From NCBI GenBank assembly GCA_023255625.1, contig JAHFLF010000001.1, positions 290,965 through 354,964 on the forward strand: a stretch of DNA of 64,000 bases, in the 5' to 3' direction. The DNA comes from Candidatus Harrisonbacteria bacterium. GTDB taxonomy: Bacteria; Patescibacteriota; Minisyncoccia; UBA6257; 1-14-0-10-44-23. This document shows positions 8,384 to 17,960 of this stretch, one piece after another. Position 1 is the stretch's first letter, and every line of letters begins with the position of its first letter. The notes under the pieces were generated by a model. The model worked only from the letters and a program-made list of their open reading frames with translations. It was not told the DNA's origin and ran no database searches. The position numbers and the translations under genes were made by a program.

Positions 8384-9197
8384 GCTGGCGAAATTTTCGC
8401 AAATATTCGGAGGAAAAAATAACATAGTTATCGGAGCTATTCATCTTCCTCCTCTCTTAGGTTACGCAGATTACCCAGGTATAAAAGTCGCACTTAAGAA
8501 TGCATTAGCTGACCTGCGGGCATTCGAAAAAGGCGGTGTTCATGGGATTATTTTTGAAAACAATTACGATATACCTCATAAAGAAAAAGTCAGCCCTGGC
8601 ACAATCGCTGGGCTGATGTATGTCGGATCGGTGCTTCGCAAAAAAACAAAATTACCGCTAGGAGTTAGCGTCTTATGGAATGATTACGAGTCGGCATTGG
8701 CCATAGCAAAAACTTTAGATCTCCAGTTTATCCGTATCCCGGTATTTATTGATACCGTGAAGACTAATATTGGTATTATTCAGGGTAAGCCGGAAAAAGT
8801 GATTGCCCTGAAACAAAAAATAGCGGCCGCGAAAATAATGCTTTTTACTGATATTCATGTTAAACATTCAAAGGTCATTTCAAAAATGAACCTGGAAGAA
8901 TCAGCGCAAGCGGCTATGAGCAATGGGTCGGACGCAATCATTGTCACAGGTGCTTGGACAGGGCAGAGTCCGGATATCGCAACATTAGAAAAATTAAGAA
9001 CTAGAATAAAAAAATTCCCGCTGCTTGTCGGCAGCGGATTTAGCGCTCAGAATGCACGCACACTGATGCGCCATGCCACTGGGGCGATAGTCAGTACTGC
9101 TCTTAAAAATGGGCATTCAAAAGCTAATGAACAAAATGTCAAAAGTTATAATCAAAGAATATCATTGGAAAAGGTCAAACAGCTCTTTACTTTATAG
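8373..9197 (+). CDS. BtpA/SgcQ family TIM-barrel protein
   Basis: N-terminal IGAIHLPPLLGY resembles the BtpA family VIGMVHLLPLPG motif. Overlaps the upstream gene by 11 nt. Confidence 0.5.
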   Translation: MKDKLAKFSQIFGGKNNIVIGAIHLPPLLGYADYPGIKVALKNALADLRAFEKGGVHGIIFENNYDIPHKEKVSPGTIAGLMYVGSVLRKKTKLPLGVSVLWNDYESALAIAKTLDLQFIRIPVFIDTVKTNIGIIQGKPEKVIALKQKIAAAKIMLFTDIHVKHSKVISKMNLEESAQAAMSNGSDAIIVTGAWTGQSPDIATLEKLRTRIKKFPLLVGSGFSAQNARTLMRHATGAIVSTALKNGHSKANEQNVKSYNQRISLEKVKQLFTL

Positions 9198-9326
9198 CAG
9201 TCATATGCTATAGTTTTTTTGTTATGAAATTCCAGCCGACCCACAATTTATTTAGTAGTTATTACTACGCCGCATATATAACCACCCGGGTGCGGTAATC
9301 TTTCGTTCTATCCAATAAGTTCTACC

Positions 9327-9352
9327 AACCGCCCCCGAGCGGTTTTTTTGTT
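9327..9352 (+). terminator. rho-independent terminator ACCGCCCCCGAGCGGT followed by a T-tract
   Basis: Stem-loop followed by TTTTTTTGTTTTT. Confidence 0.5.
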
Positions 9353-9499
9353 TTTCGCACCAGCGAAAAACAACCCTGCGTAGCTTGTAGAGCGAAGCAC
9401 GGGTCAGCATTTTCTCGGGGAAAATTGTCCGCACAAGCGTCTTGAATGAAACCCTCATTCACTTGCGCGGACTGGCTCTTTGAGAAAGGAATAGCGAGT

Positions 9500-9706
9500 A
9501 TGCCGCCGTACATGGGGAGTATCGATGGGTCGACTAACGGCGAGCTGCCAAGGCGTTGCTCGCACTGGCCGACTTCTGAGGGTCGTGTCCCGTGCAACAA
9601 CTGCAACGCCTCGATCGGTTGCGGGCAGCCGCACTTCAAATGGCAGTGCGCGGAGTGCAAGCAATGGTTCTGCGTCAGGCCCGACCAATTTGGTCGGGAC
9701 GGGTAG
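9500..9706 (+). CDS. small Cys-rich protein (CNNC...C...CAEC), possible zinc ribbon
   Basis: ORF in GC-rich block. Start uncertain (ATG at 9446 or 9500). Several CxxC pairs. Confidence 0.35.
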   Translation: MPPYMGSIDGSTNGELPRRCSHWPTSEGRVPCNNCNASIGCGQPHFKWQCAECKQWFCVRPDQFGRDG

Positions 9707-9784
9707 TGCGCAAGCCGGCGCGAGCTTCAGGGAGCGTTCGCTCCCGCTCGCGCCGGCCAGAGTTCTTTCCGAGAAGGAGATGCG

Positions 9785-10273
9785 ATGTCGAAAGAGACGC
9801 TGACTCACCAGTTGTTCGCGTTGCAGTGCGGCATGGTCTTGAGGGACTACGACAACCCGATCGAGGACTCCAAGCGGCAGGAGATCAACGTCTCCGATGC
9901 CATCGCTCCGGAAGACCTCGGGTGCGGGATCTTCTTCGAGTTCCCCGGGATGACAGACGAACACGCCCCGAAGGCACTCCGCGGCCAGCAGTTCCTGGCG
10001 GTGGCAGTGCTCGAAAAAGACCGCGTGTTTGTGTCGACGGTCATCGATCCCGACACTCATCGCGAGAAGGGACTCAAGCTCGCAGCCCTGATGTTCGGCC
10101 GGTTCACTCGTCCGTCGGCCGCAAGGCTGGCGAACCCGGACAGCATCTGGCAGTGGGCGGCTCGATCCTCTCGGGCCAGCCTCGACGGCTACGAGAGCGC
10201 CGAGGTGATCGCTCGCGAGACGCCGTGCCACTGCGGGCGCATGCATGCCCCGGCGAACTGCTGGGCGACCTAG
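9785..10273 (+). CDS. hypothetical protein (162 aa)
   Basis: ATG preceded by AAGGAGATGCG. Overlapping ORFs in other frames lack an SD. Confidence 0.5.
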   Translation: MSKETLTHQLFALQCGMVLRDYDNPIEDSKRQEINVSDAIAPEDLGCGIFFEFPGMTDEHAPKALRGQQFLAVAVLEKDRVFVSTVIDPDTHREKGLKLAALMFGRFTRPSAARLANPDSIWQWAARSSRASLDGYESAEVIARETPCHCGRMHAPANCWAT

Positions 10274-10276
10274 CAG

Positions 10277-10843
10277 ATGCACGACACCCTCGGCATCATC
10301 GCTGGCATCCTGACGCTCGCTGGGTTTATCCCGGCGGGCGTCGGGGCAGTACGCGGACCAGTTCGCCCAAGCAGAGCGACTTGGCTCATTTGGGCGGTGG
10401 AGGCCATCTTGATCTACAAGACCTTCGCCGCCGCAACTCCAGACTCAAGCGCTCTCTGGATCCCGCTTGGATTTACCGTTGGAGCCGCAGGGATGTTTCT
10501 CCTGTCTGTTCCGTTCGGTGAAGGCGGGTGGAGCACGCTCGACAAGTGGTGTCTGGCAGGCGCAGGTGCCACGATCATCTTCTGGCACCTCGTTGGACCT
10601 GTCGCTGGACTGCTCGCCGGTATCGCCACCGACATGATCGGAGCGGTGCCGACGGCGGTCAAGACATGGAGAGATCCGAAGAGCGAGAGTCGTGCGCAGT
10701 GGTTGCTTTGGTGGCTCGGTGCCATCTTCAACCTCTGTGCGATCAAGAACTGGCAATCCGTGGAGGCGGCGTATCCGCTTTACGGATTTGTTCTGACAAC
10801 CACGATGGCCGGCGTGATTGCCGGCAGAAGGAATGGTGTCTGA
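10277..10843 (+). CDS. multi-pass membrane protein, paralog of the 46542..47126 product
   Basis: Shares TWLIWA..., K(T/S)W(R/Q)DP(K/W)SE and NLC(A/S) motifs with the AT-rich paralog. Confidence 0.5.
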   Translation: MHDTLGIIAGILTLAGFIPAGVGAVRGPVRPSRATWLIWAVEAILIYKTFAAATPDSSALWIPLGFTVGAAGMFLLSVPFGEGGWSTLDKWCLAGAGATIIFWHLVGPVAGLLAGIATDMIGAVPTAVKTWRDPKSESRAQWLLWWLGAIFNLCAIKNWQSVEAAYPLYGFVLTTTMAGVIAGRRNGV

Positions 10844-11238
10844 TGCCGCCGTATCTGAGAGAGCTTCCGACGTGGTATGGAGATCCGCCGCCGCGTTGTC
10901 AGCACCCCCACCAAAAGCCATCACGTTCGCGTTGCTCATCGTGTGGCTATCCGGGCATCGAGTTCGTCTGTTCGAAGTGCGAAGAGAAGGTCAAATTCGT
11001 ACCAGACGAGCGACGCAAAGAACGCAAGAGTCCTCCAAAGGGCAAATGCGTCTATGAGCACAAAAGCGCCTGTCGCCATGACGGGAAGCTCTATCCGGAT
11101 CGGTGCTTCCATTGCGAGTGCGTGACGATGAAGTACAAGTGCACCACATCTAAAACCTTCATCGAGTCCTCTCGTGGTTCGCCCAACGTCGAGAGGGAAC
11201 CGGGGAAAGGCGAGTTTTCGGGAGCTGAGAGTTATTAG
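10843..11238 (+). CDS. Cys-rich protein (131 aa) with several CxxC motifs
   Basis: ATG overlaps the upstream stop (TGATG). CSSC, CSKC and CFHCEC motifs. Confidence 0.45.
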   Translation: MPPYLRELPTWYGDPPPRCQHPHQKPSRSRCSSCGYPGIEFVCSKCEEKVKFVPDERRKERKSPPKGKCVYEHKSACRHDGKLYPDRCFHCECVTMKYKCTTSKTFIESSRGSPNVEREPGKGEFSGAESY

Positions 11239-11337
11239 CCGGAGGTGTAAGACTCCGGCAAGCAACGCGGCGGCATCGACCCACAAGGTTGATGACCGCC
11301 GCGCTTCATTTTTCAATATTAAAAAACAACAATTTTG

Positions 11338-11409
11338 TGGGCGGTGCAGGGAATGATCCTGCGGCCTACTGCGTGTAAAGCAGTCGCTCTACCACTGAGC
11401 TAACCGCCC
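11338..11409 (-). tRNA. tRNA-Val (anticodon TAC)
   Basis: Cloverleaf read from rc: GGGCGGT acceptor, GCTCAGTGGTAGAGC D-arm, anticodon loop TTTACAC, T-loop. It sits at the right border of a GC-rich block. Confidence 0.8.
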
Positions 11410-11544
11410 ACTTAGTGTGCAAAAGCACACTGTGCGCCTAGGAGGAGTCGGACCTCCGACCAGAATGTATAAGATTCTTGTTTTACCGTTAAACTATGGG
11501 CGCCCATATAGACTAGCGGATTGAGGAAGTTTATTCAATGAGAA

Positions 11545-11577
11545 CTGGGCGAGATCCCTCGGCTTCGGGATGACAGA
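11545..11577. repeat. GGGCGAGAT-hairpin repeat, copy 1 (ACTGGGCGAGATCCCTCGGCTTCGGGATGACAG)
   Basis: Hairpin ATCCC / GGGAT around TCGGCTTCG. Other copies are at 25349-25385 and 50903-50940. Confidence 0.7.
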
Positions 11578-11583
11578 AAAAAA

Positions 11584-13422
11584 CTAAATGGCGAGCGGCT
11601 TAAGGTCAAACTCCTTGATCAGCTCATTAAACTCCTCCTGTTCAATCGTTTCCTTCTCAAGCAAGCGCTTGGCAATTGCATCCAGAATTTTCTTGTGCGT
11701 TATTAGCATCTTCTTGGCCAGATCCTCGGCGCTGTGGAGGAACGCGGAGACCTCGCTGTCTATTTTTGCGCTCATTGCTTCAGATGAACGCTGTTCGTGA
11801 TGAAAATCACGACCCATGAACACCGCCTCCTCGCCATTGGCAAACACAACCGGGCCTATGACATCGCTCATGCCGTACTTGGTAACCATTCGCCGCGCAA
11901 GTTTGCTGGCCTCCTGCAAATCACTGCTCGCTCCGGTTGAAACATCTTTAATCACAATTTGTTCGCTGGCATAACCACCCATCATGGTCGCCATCTCGGC
12001 CATGAACTGTTTCTTGGTTTTCAGCCGATTCTCTTCAGTCGGGAGCTTCATGGTGTACCCACCGGCACGACCACGGCTGATAATTGAGATTTTATGAACT
12101 GGATCAGCGTCTTGTAGACTGGCCGCTACTAGCGCATGACCGGCCTCGTGATAAGCGGTAACATTTTTCTCACGATCGCTAATAATTCTACCCTTGCGCT
12201 CCGGGCCAAGAACCACTTTTTCAATAGACATAAACAAGTTGTCCTGGCTGATTGTTTTTTTCTCCTCACGCGCCGCCAAAATCGCGGCTTCATTTAAGAC
12301 ATTCTCAAGATCAGCGCCGGAAAATCCAGGAGTGCGAACTGCAACTGGACGCAAATTAACACCCTCGGCCAGCGGTTTATTTTTCGCGTGAATCTTTAAG
12401 ATCTCCTCGCGATCAGCAATATCCGGCAGATCAAGCACCACCTGGCGATCAAACCTGCCTGGGCGCAGCAATGCGGAGTCAAGCACATCCGGACGGTTAG
12501 TCGCAGCCAGCACAATCACCTGATTTTCCCGCTCAAAACCGTCCATCTCAACCAGAATCTGGTTCAGAGTCTGCTCTCGTTCATCGTGGCCGCCGCCCAT
12601 ACCGGCGCCACGCTGCCTGCCAACCGCGTCAATTTCGTCAATAAACAAGATTGAAGGCGAATGTTTCTTTGCCGTCGTAAATGCATCGCGAATACGGCTG
12701 GCACCAACACCAACAAACATCTCCACAAATTCAGAAGCCGAGATATAAAAGAAGGGGACGCCACTTTCGCCGGCCACTGCCCGCGCGAGCAGAGTTTTAC
12801 CGCTACCCGGACTGCCCATGAGCAAGACACCACGCGGAATCTTTGCGCCCATGTCTAAAAACTTTTTTGGATTTTTCAAAAAATCAACAATCTCAATTAA
12901 TTCCTGCTTAGCTTCTTTTAATCCGGCAACATCAGTAAAGCTGACTTTTTCTTTTCCGCCCGGCGCAGAAAGTTTTAAATTGGCCTTACCAAAACCTAAA
13001 ACTTGATTTTGGCCGCCTTTAGCCCCGCGCATCATAAACCAGAAAAATCCGAGCAAAACTAAAAGAGGCAAAAGAGATTGAGCGAGCACGCCGATCCAAA
13101 ACTGCACGCCGGACTCTTCTTTAACCTCAAGGGCGACCTGGCGAAGAGCCGATTGATCAACCCCGTAATTCTTCAAAGTTTCCGAAAATCCGGATTCAAA
13201 CTCTTTTTTGGCGGTTGCCTTCGTACCGTCTTTGAGGGTAATCGCTAAGTCGTTGCCGGAAACTTCTATCCTGGTTACTGCCCCGGCATTGATTTTATCA
13301 ACCAGCTCATTGACCGTCAGCGCAGCGGGCTTGGGCTCTCCGCCCATGAAAAATGAAAAAACTAAAGCAACCATGAGCAGAATCGTGGCGACTGCGGTAA
13401 TATTTTTGGAAAATGATTTCAT
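11584..13422 (-). CDS. ftsH: ATP-dependent zinc metalloprotease FtsH
   Basis: Walker [15 protein letters not shown] region, HEAGHAL zinc site, N-terminal TM segments. 612 aa. Confidence 0.9.
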   Translation of the reverse strand: MKSFSKNITAVATILLMVALVFSFFMGGEPKPAALTVNELVDKINAGAVTRIEVSGNDLAITLKDGTKATAKKEFESGFSETLKNYGVDQSALRQVALEVKEESGVQFWIGVLAQSLLPLLVLLGFFWFMMRGAKGGQNQVLGFGKANLKLSAPGGKEKVSFTDVAGLKEAKQELIEIVDFLKNPKKFLDMGAKIPRGVLLMGSPGSGKTLLARAVAGESGVPFFYISASEFVEMFVGVGASRIRDAFTTAKKHSPSILFIDEIDAVGRQRGAGMGGGHDEREQTLNQILVEMDGFERENQVIVLAATNRPDVLDSALLRPGRFDRQVVLDLPDIADREEILKIHAKNKPLAEGVNLRPVAVRTPGFSGADLENVLNEAAILAAREEKKTISQDNLFMSIEKVVLGPERKGRIISDREKNVTAYHEAGHALVAASLQDADPVHKISIISRGRAGGYTMKLPTEENRLKTKKQFMAEMATMMGGYASEQIVIKDVSTGASSDLQEASKLARRMVTKYGMSDVIGPVVFANGEEAVFMGRDFHHEQRSSEAMSAKIDSEVSAFLHSAEDLAKKMLITHKKILDAIAKRLLEKETIEQEEFNELIKEFDLKPLAI

Positions 13423-13437
13423 AGAGTAATCGCTAAT
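13423..13437 (-). promoter_or_regulatory. conserved motif ATTAGCGATTACTC directly abutting the ftsH start codon
   Basis: The same 14-mer abuts the start codons at 55881 and 59837. Confidence 0.45.
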
Positions 13438-13572
13438 GAACGAATAACTAATAATGCGAATGAAATACGAAACGAAGTACGGACATATTAGCGCAGTGCC
13501 AGCCAGAAATCAAATGAGTCAATCCTCACGATTGACTCATTTGATAGACCATCCATATAAAGAATAGCCGGA

Positions 13573-14748
13573 TTATTTTTTCGGCAGCTGCTTGCTCAAT
13601 TTAATCACCAAAAAAAACTCGTTATAGGCCAATTTGATAGCATTCACCTCGGCTGTAACATAAAACTGAACTGTCTTGGTTGGCTGCTTACCGAGCACGG
13701 CTTCAAGAACGCTGGCTCCAGACGGAATTCCTGCTGTGCTGGTTGGCTGACTCTGGTCGTCTGTCGGATCAGCCGGTTTGAGTAAATTCAGACTATCGAC
13801 AAAAAGAGTTCCGGCGATGGTCTCGTCTCTAAAAATTGGATCAAGAAAGACTAGCTGCCCTTGAACTCGATAAACATCGTGAGCCGAATACTTGAGCGGT
13901 TTGCCATCGCTGGTGATTAGGAGATAATACAAACCGTTTTGCGTTTTAAAAACTGGCAGGCATTTAGTGGCAGCGCTGGCAAAAACTTGCGGAATACAAG
14001 TAAAGTCGCCGTCAACTCCGCCGGTCAGAGTTACGGATTTCATAAAAGATACCTCTGGCGCATTTAACAAATCGCGCAGCAACTCCTGGTTATCAACGAA
14101 AAGTTCGTATGCACTGTTGTAGGCGATTCTGGCCCTCTCTACTTGTTTGCGAGCCACTTCAAGGTGCGGCAACAGAATGTTTGCCTGCACACCATTGCTA
14201 CCTTGCAGATAGCTGACATCAGAACCAACTTTTTCCAAACGGTGCAGCGCAGTAGCAAAAATCTCCTGACCTTGAGCAAGCAGCAGCGCGTCAAAAACCT
14301 GATGCATGGTCGGATCATAGATGTTTTCGCGTAATTGCTTAAAAGAACCGGCAATCTGTTGTAACTGCTCCTCGCCAATAGATGGCCTGGCTAATTGCGC
14401 ACTAACTAAGTCTGCGTAATGTTCAAAGCCGCGCACCCATAATAGAAGTGCATTGATACTAGAAATAAATTGAGGATCGCCGCTCTCAAGAAGCGTGAGT
14501 TTACTGACTGCGTCTTTGGCCTCGGCACTGGTCAGATTGACAATACTCACGGCTGCGGCCAGCCGATCTTTAAATTCAGCCGGAGAAAACACAGAGCCCT
14601 GATCGGCTCGCTCAATACTCTGCTTCGCCGCCTCGCGCGCCTGCTGCACAGCCGGAGATGCGGCAAAAGCCGTCTGAAAAGATAAAAGAGCCGCCAGGAT
14701 AGTGGCAGCAATAATGGCGGCTTGCCGAATAAATCCAGGGGCTTTCAT
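13573..14748 (-). CDS. secreted hypothetical protein (391 aa) with signal peptide
   Basis: N-terminal MKAPGFIRQAAIIAATILAALLSFQTAFA. No recognised domain. Confidence 0.6.
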   Translation of the reverse strand: MKAPGFIRQAAIIAATILAALLSFQTAFAASPAVQQAREAAKQSIERADQGSVFSPAEFKDRLAAAVSIVNLTSAEAKDAVSKLTLLESGDPQFISSINALLLWVRGFEHYADLVSAQLARPSIGEEQLQQIAGSFKQLRENIYDPTMHQVFDALLLAQGQEIFATALHRLEKVGSDVSYLQGSNGVQANILLPHLEVARKQVERARIAYNSAYELFVDNQELLRDLLNAPEVSFMKSVTLTGGVDGDFTCIPQVFASAATKCLPVFKTQNGLYYLLITSDGKPLKYSAHDVYRVQGQLVFLDPIFRDETIAGTLFVDSLNLLKPADPTDDQSQPTSTAGIPSGASVLEAVLGKQPTKTVQFYVTAEVNAIKLAYNEFFLVIKLSKQLPKK

Positions 14749-14753
14749 AAAAA

Positions 14754-15182
14754 TTATGGCTCTTTAGAAAGTTTGTCGAGCGCACTGACCACTTGTTCGG
14801 ACGACTCGGCAAAATTATCTACCTCCTTAATCTGCACCGAGCTAACCAGTTTCGAGGCCTCCTGTAACAGCGCAACCGTATCGGCATCTTTGCTAGCCGG
14901 CGAAATTGTAGCAACCGTGGCGACTCCTGACTGCTGGCCCAAGTAGGATATACCGCCTAAAACAACTAGCAGCATTAGACTGGCCAAAGCAAGAGCGCTG
15001 CCGACTGTAATTGATTCCAGAAAACGAGTACGGAAAGTATTGAAATTGATTGGCTGTTGCTGCTCTGTGAGTAAAATTTTTGCCATTGAACTGGACACAA
15101 AATCAGCCCGCGGTGTAAGCGTTTTATATCGGGAAAAATAAGTTGTGAGTTTCTGGTCAATCATGGCAGTATTCACTAACAC
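14754..15182 (-). CDS. membrane protein, possible anti-sigma factor
   Basis: Immediately downstream of the ECF sigma gene. Single TM helix in the middle. Confidence 0.4.
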   Translation of the reverse strand: MLVNTAMIDQKLTTYFSRYKTLTPRADFVSSSMAKILLTEQQQPINFNTFRTRFLESITVGSALALASLMLLVVLGGISYLGQQSGVATVATISPASKDADTVALLQEASKLVSSVQIKEVDNFAESSEQVVSALDKLSKEP

Positions 15183-15247
15183 GCGAATGAGGACTAATAT
15201 GCTAATAGATTCATTCGCGTATTCGGTTTTTATTAGCGTGTTGGCGA

Positions 15248-15790
15248 TTACTGTAAAATTTCTTGCAATTTTTTCAGTGCTCGGAACTGGATGATACGAA
15301 CTGTGCCCTCTCGCTTTCCCACAATCCCGGCAATCTCGGCGGGGGATAAATCGGCGACAAATCGTAACTGAATTATTTCCTGCTGCTCATCGGTTAATTG
15401 TGCAAGCGCTCCGCGGACAGCTTCGAGGTCAAAATTCAGATCAATCGCCTCCTCAACCGGTGCGCCGAGATCGGCCAACTGATCGAATCCACCCTCCTCG
15501 TCGTCGATACTGGCAGCCACCTTCTTGGTTCTGTAGTAATCGATAACTCGGTTCCTGGCTATCTTATAGAGCCAGCTTCCGAAAGGAAAACCCTGCTCTT
15601 TGAATCCTGGTAGTTTCTGCCAAGCCGATAGGAAGACCTCGTGCATCAGATCTTCGGATTCTTGCCGCGTGGAAACTTTAACGGCTATAAAGCGATAAAT
15701 AGCAGGTGCATAGTGTCCATATAAGACACCAAATGCTTCGCCATCACCCTCTTTAGCACGGGCAATATAAGTTTGTTCAGCTTCTAACAT
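15248..15790 (-). CDS. ECF-subfamily RNA polymerase sigma-70 factor
   Basis: 180 aa with region 2 (DLMHEVFLSAWQKL...YKIARNRVIDYYR) and region 4 HTH. Confidence 0.75.
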   Translation of the reverse strand: MLEAEQTYIARAKEGDGEAFGVLYGHYAPAIYRFIAVKVSTRQESEDLMHEVFLSAWQKLPGFKEQGFPFGSWLYKIARNRVIDYYRTKKVAASIDDEEGGFDQLADLGAPVEEAIDLNFDLEAVRGALAQLTDEQQEIIQLRFVADLSPAEIAGIVGKREGTVRIIQFRALKKLQEILQ

Positions 15791-16225
15791 ATAGAACGAA
15801 TAAGGAGTGCATCAGTTACTCTTATATAATACCTTATTCGAGGGTAGTTTTGAACGGGAACTTGTTTGCGGGCAGCAGTTTTTTAATTTTTGCCGGGCTC
15901 ACCCTGCGGGATGGAAAAAACTAAAAAACTGCTGCCTGGGCACGGGACGCACGGATTTCATTTTTAAAGCCGGGCCCACCGCGAGCGGATGGCTTTAAAA
16001 ATGAAATCCGTGCGTCCCACTAGACAAGTGTTTGACACGATGCTACTATTGCATCATAGTTGCATTAGCAAATGCTCCGAAAGTCTACGCTCCAGTGTCA
16101 TTGCGAGGTATAGGACTGTGGCTCGCACACCAGTGCATTGGTCACACCCGTATGCCCTTGCGGTGCTCCGTGGCAATCCAGAAATTCTCCTTTACTTTAA
16201 AACTTGATAAACTTTATAACTCATT

Positions 16226-16981
16226 ATGACAACCCTAGGATACATTCTCGTCTTTACCTTTCTCGGCAGCATTGTTTCGCTGATTGGCGGCATTCTACTG
16301 CTCTTCAAAAAGAATATTGCCCTGAAACTATCTGACTACCTCGCTGCCTTTGCCGCCGGCACATTGTTGGGTACCGCCTTTTTTGATCTCTTGCCGGAAG
16401 CGCTGGAAACAGATGCGGGGCCAACCACCGTTCTAACCTGGACGCTTATCGGTATTTTAACCTTCTTCTTGTTAGAACGATTCGTGCATTGGTTTCATCA
16501 CCACCACGAACACGCCGACGAACAGCCGGGCACAAAACCAACTGCTGCTTTAATTATTTTAGGCGATAGTGTTCACAATTTTATTGATGGCGTTGCGATT
16601 GCAGTTACATTTTTAATTAATCCGTCGCTCGGCATCATCACGACGCTGGCAGTAGGCGCACACGAAATACCACAAGAGATAGGTGACTTTGGTATTCTGC
16701 TCAAAGCCGGCTACTCGCGCAAAAAAGTGCTCTGGTACAATGTACTTTCCGCGTGTACGGCATTTCTCGGAGCAATTTTAACCTACCTAATTGGGCCGAG
16801 TATCGCCGAGTATTTACCGGTGCTCCTCGCCGTTACCGCCGGCTTCTTTATCTATATTGCGTTATCTGATCTGGTGCCGGAAATCCACGCCTGGGGCAAG
16901 AAAAAACTGGCAGTTACAGAAAGTTTTCTGCTCATCTTCGGCGTTGCCGCAGTCGGAGTGTTGGTGCATTTGTTGGAGTAA
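16226..16981 (+). CDS. ZIP-family divalent metal transporter (ZupT-like)
   Basis: His-rich loop HHHHEHADEQ, HNFIDGVAIA and GAHEIPQEIGDFGIL motifs. Confidence 0.75.
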   Translation: MTTLGYILVFTFLGSIVSLIGGILLLFKKNIALKLSDYLAAFAAGTLLGTAFFDLLPEALETDAGPTTVLTWTLIGILTFFLLERFVHWFHHHHEHADEQPGTKPTAALIILGDSVHNFIDGVAIAVTFLINPSLGIITTLAVGAHEIPQEIGDFGILLKAGYSRKKVLWYNVLSACTAFLGAILTYLIGPSIAEYLPVLLAVTAGFFIYIALSDLVPEIHAWGKKKLAVTESFLLIFGVAAVGVLVHLLE

Positions 16982-16984
16982 TTC

Positions 16985-17100
16985 TTATTCTCCCTTTGTA
17001 AAAGGGAGGGGACCGCAGTAGCGGTGAGGGATTTAGTTCCGCCCCCTAGTTTAAATCCCTCCCGGCTACTGCCGTACTCCCTTTAGGAAAGGGAGAATAA
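16985..17100. repeat. inverted pair of REP/MITE-like elements
   Basis: TTATTCTCCCTTTGTAAAAGGGAG-GGGACCGCAGTAGCGGTG-AGGGATTT followed by its inverted counterpart AAATCCCTCCCGGCTACTGCCGTACTCCCTTTAGGAAAGGGAGAATAA. Confidence 0.8.
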
Positions 17101-17106
17101 ATGTTT

Positions 17107-17138
17107 CAGGGCCGGTTTGCTTTCGCAAACCGGCCCTG
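17107..17138. terminator. perfect hairpin CAGGGCCGGTTTGC-TTTC-GCAAACCGGCCCTG
   Basis: Perfect 14-bp stem at the border of a GC-rich block. Confidence 0.45.
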
Positions 17139-17275
17139 ATGCGTGCGGATCTGCCTTGCCTTGCCGTAGCTTTAGCGAAGGCAGGTTCCCGCGTGGCTCA
17201 CAACTACGCATGTGACGCGTCACCACTTTTGGCCTCTAGGCCCCGCGCAAGTGACGCGCGTTGAAAACGCATCTG

Positions 17276-17667
17276 CTACTGAAAACCGTCCAGCTCGAAA
17301 CGGACAGGCTCCACGGTGGTGCGCAGCCCAAGCGCCTTCTCGACCGTCGTTCTCTCAGCATCCTCGAGAAAGAGGCGCCCGTGCTTCAACTGCCTGCACT
17401 CGGAAGTGTCAGATCTCCTGTAGGCCACCACTGAGTACCATCCCTGACTCCGAACCTCCACCGTGAAAGGGGCGAAGGACGGAGAAACCCAGAAACATGT
17501 GAATGGGGAGTCGAGACCCGACACTGAGTCGGGAATGATCACCCACTCGTCTTTCCCGTTGGGAGCGACAAAGGGATTGAGCTGCTCCAGGGCGGCCCTG
17601 ACCGCCTCCATCTGCTTCTGATCCAATCCCTCGAACCTCAGCCTCTTCCCGATCATCACTGACATGC
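17276..17667 (-). CDS. hypothetical protein (about 130 aa) in small GC-rich island
   Basis: ATG at 17667 preceded by AAGGAGGACGC. Confidence 0.5.
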
Positions 17668-17908
17668 GTCCTCCTTTGCCAGTGCGGTCAACCATTGACC
17701 CCGCCTGACAAGAGTAAGCATGCGCTCAACTTGACATATTTGCAACATTATTTTATACTATATTTATACAGATATTGACTTTATATAATAAAAACATCAT
17801 AATAACGACATCAAAATAAATGACACTTCTTCGCTCTAGTGAGCTACGAAGTGCAAGCAGTTTCCGCTATGGTGAGCTACGGACTGCAGGCACTTTATTA
17901 AAATAACC

Positions 17909-17956
17909 AAATCCCTCCCGGCTACTGCCGTACTCCCTTTAGGAAAGGGAGAATAA
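17909..17956. repeat. REP/MITE-like element, identical to the copy at 17053-17100
   Basis: 48-nt identical copy AAATCCCTCCCGGCTACTGCCGTACTCCCTTTAGGAAAGGGAGAATAA. Confidence 0.85.
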
Positions 17957-17960
17957 TAAT

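Noticed and set aside
9455-10521. Long overlapping ORFs in alternative frames of the GC-rich block (9455..10282 minus, 9592..10521 plus).
   Set aside because: High GC removes stop codons in off-frames. These ORFs lack SD or start context and have low-complexity Arg/Ala/Pro composition. The SD-preceded ORFs 9785..10273 and 10277..10843 were preferred.
11545-11577. Reading the GGGCGAGAT hairpin as a rho-independent terminator of ftsH.
   Set aside because: The A/T tract lies on the wrong side of the stem for the minus-strand transcript. The same element occurs in frame inside the ABC-F ORF, so it behaves as a repeat family, not a terminator.
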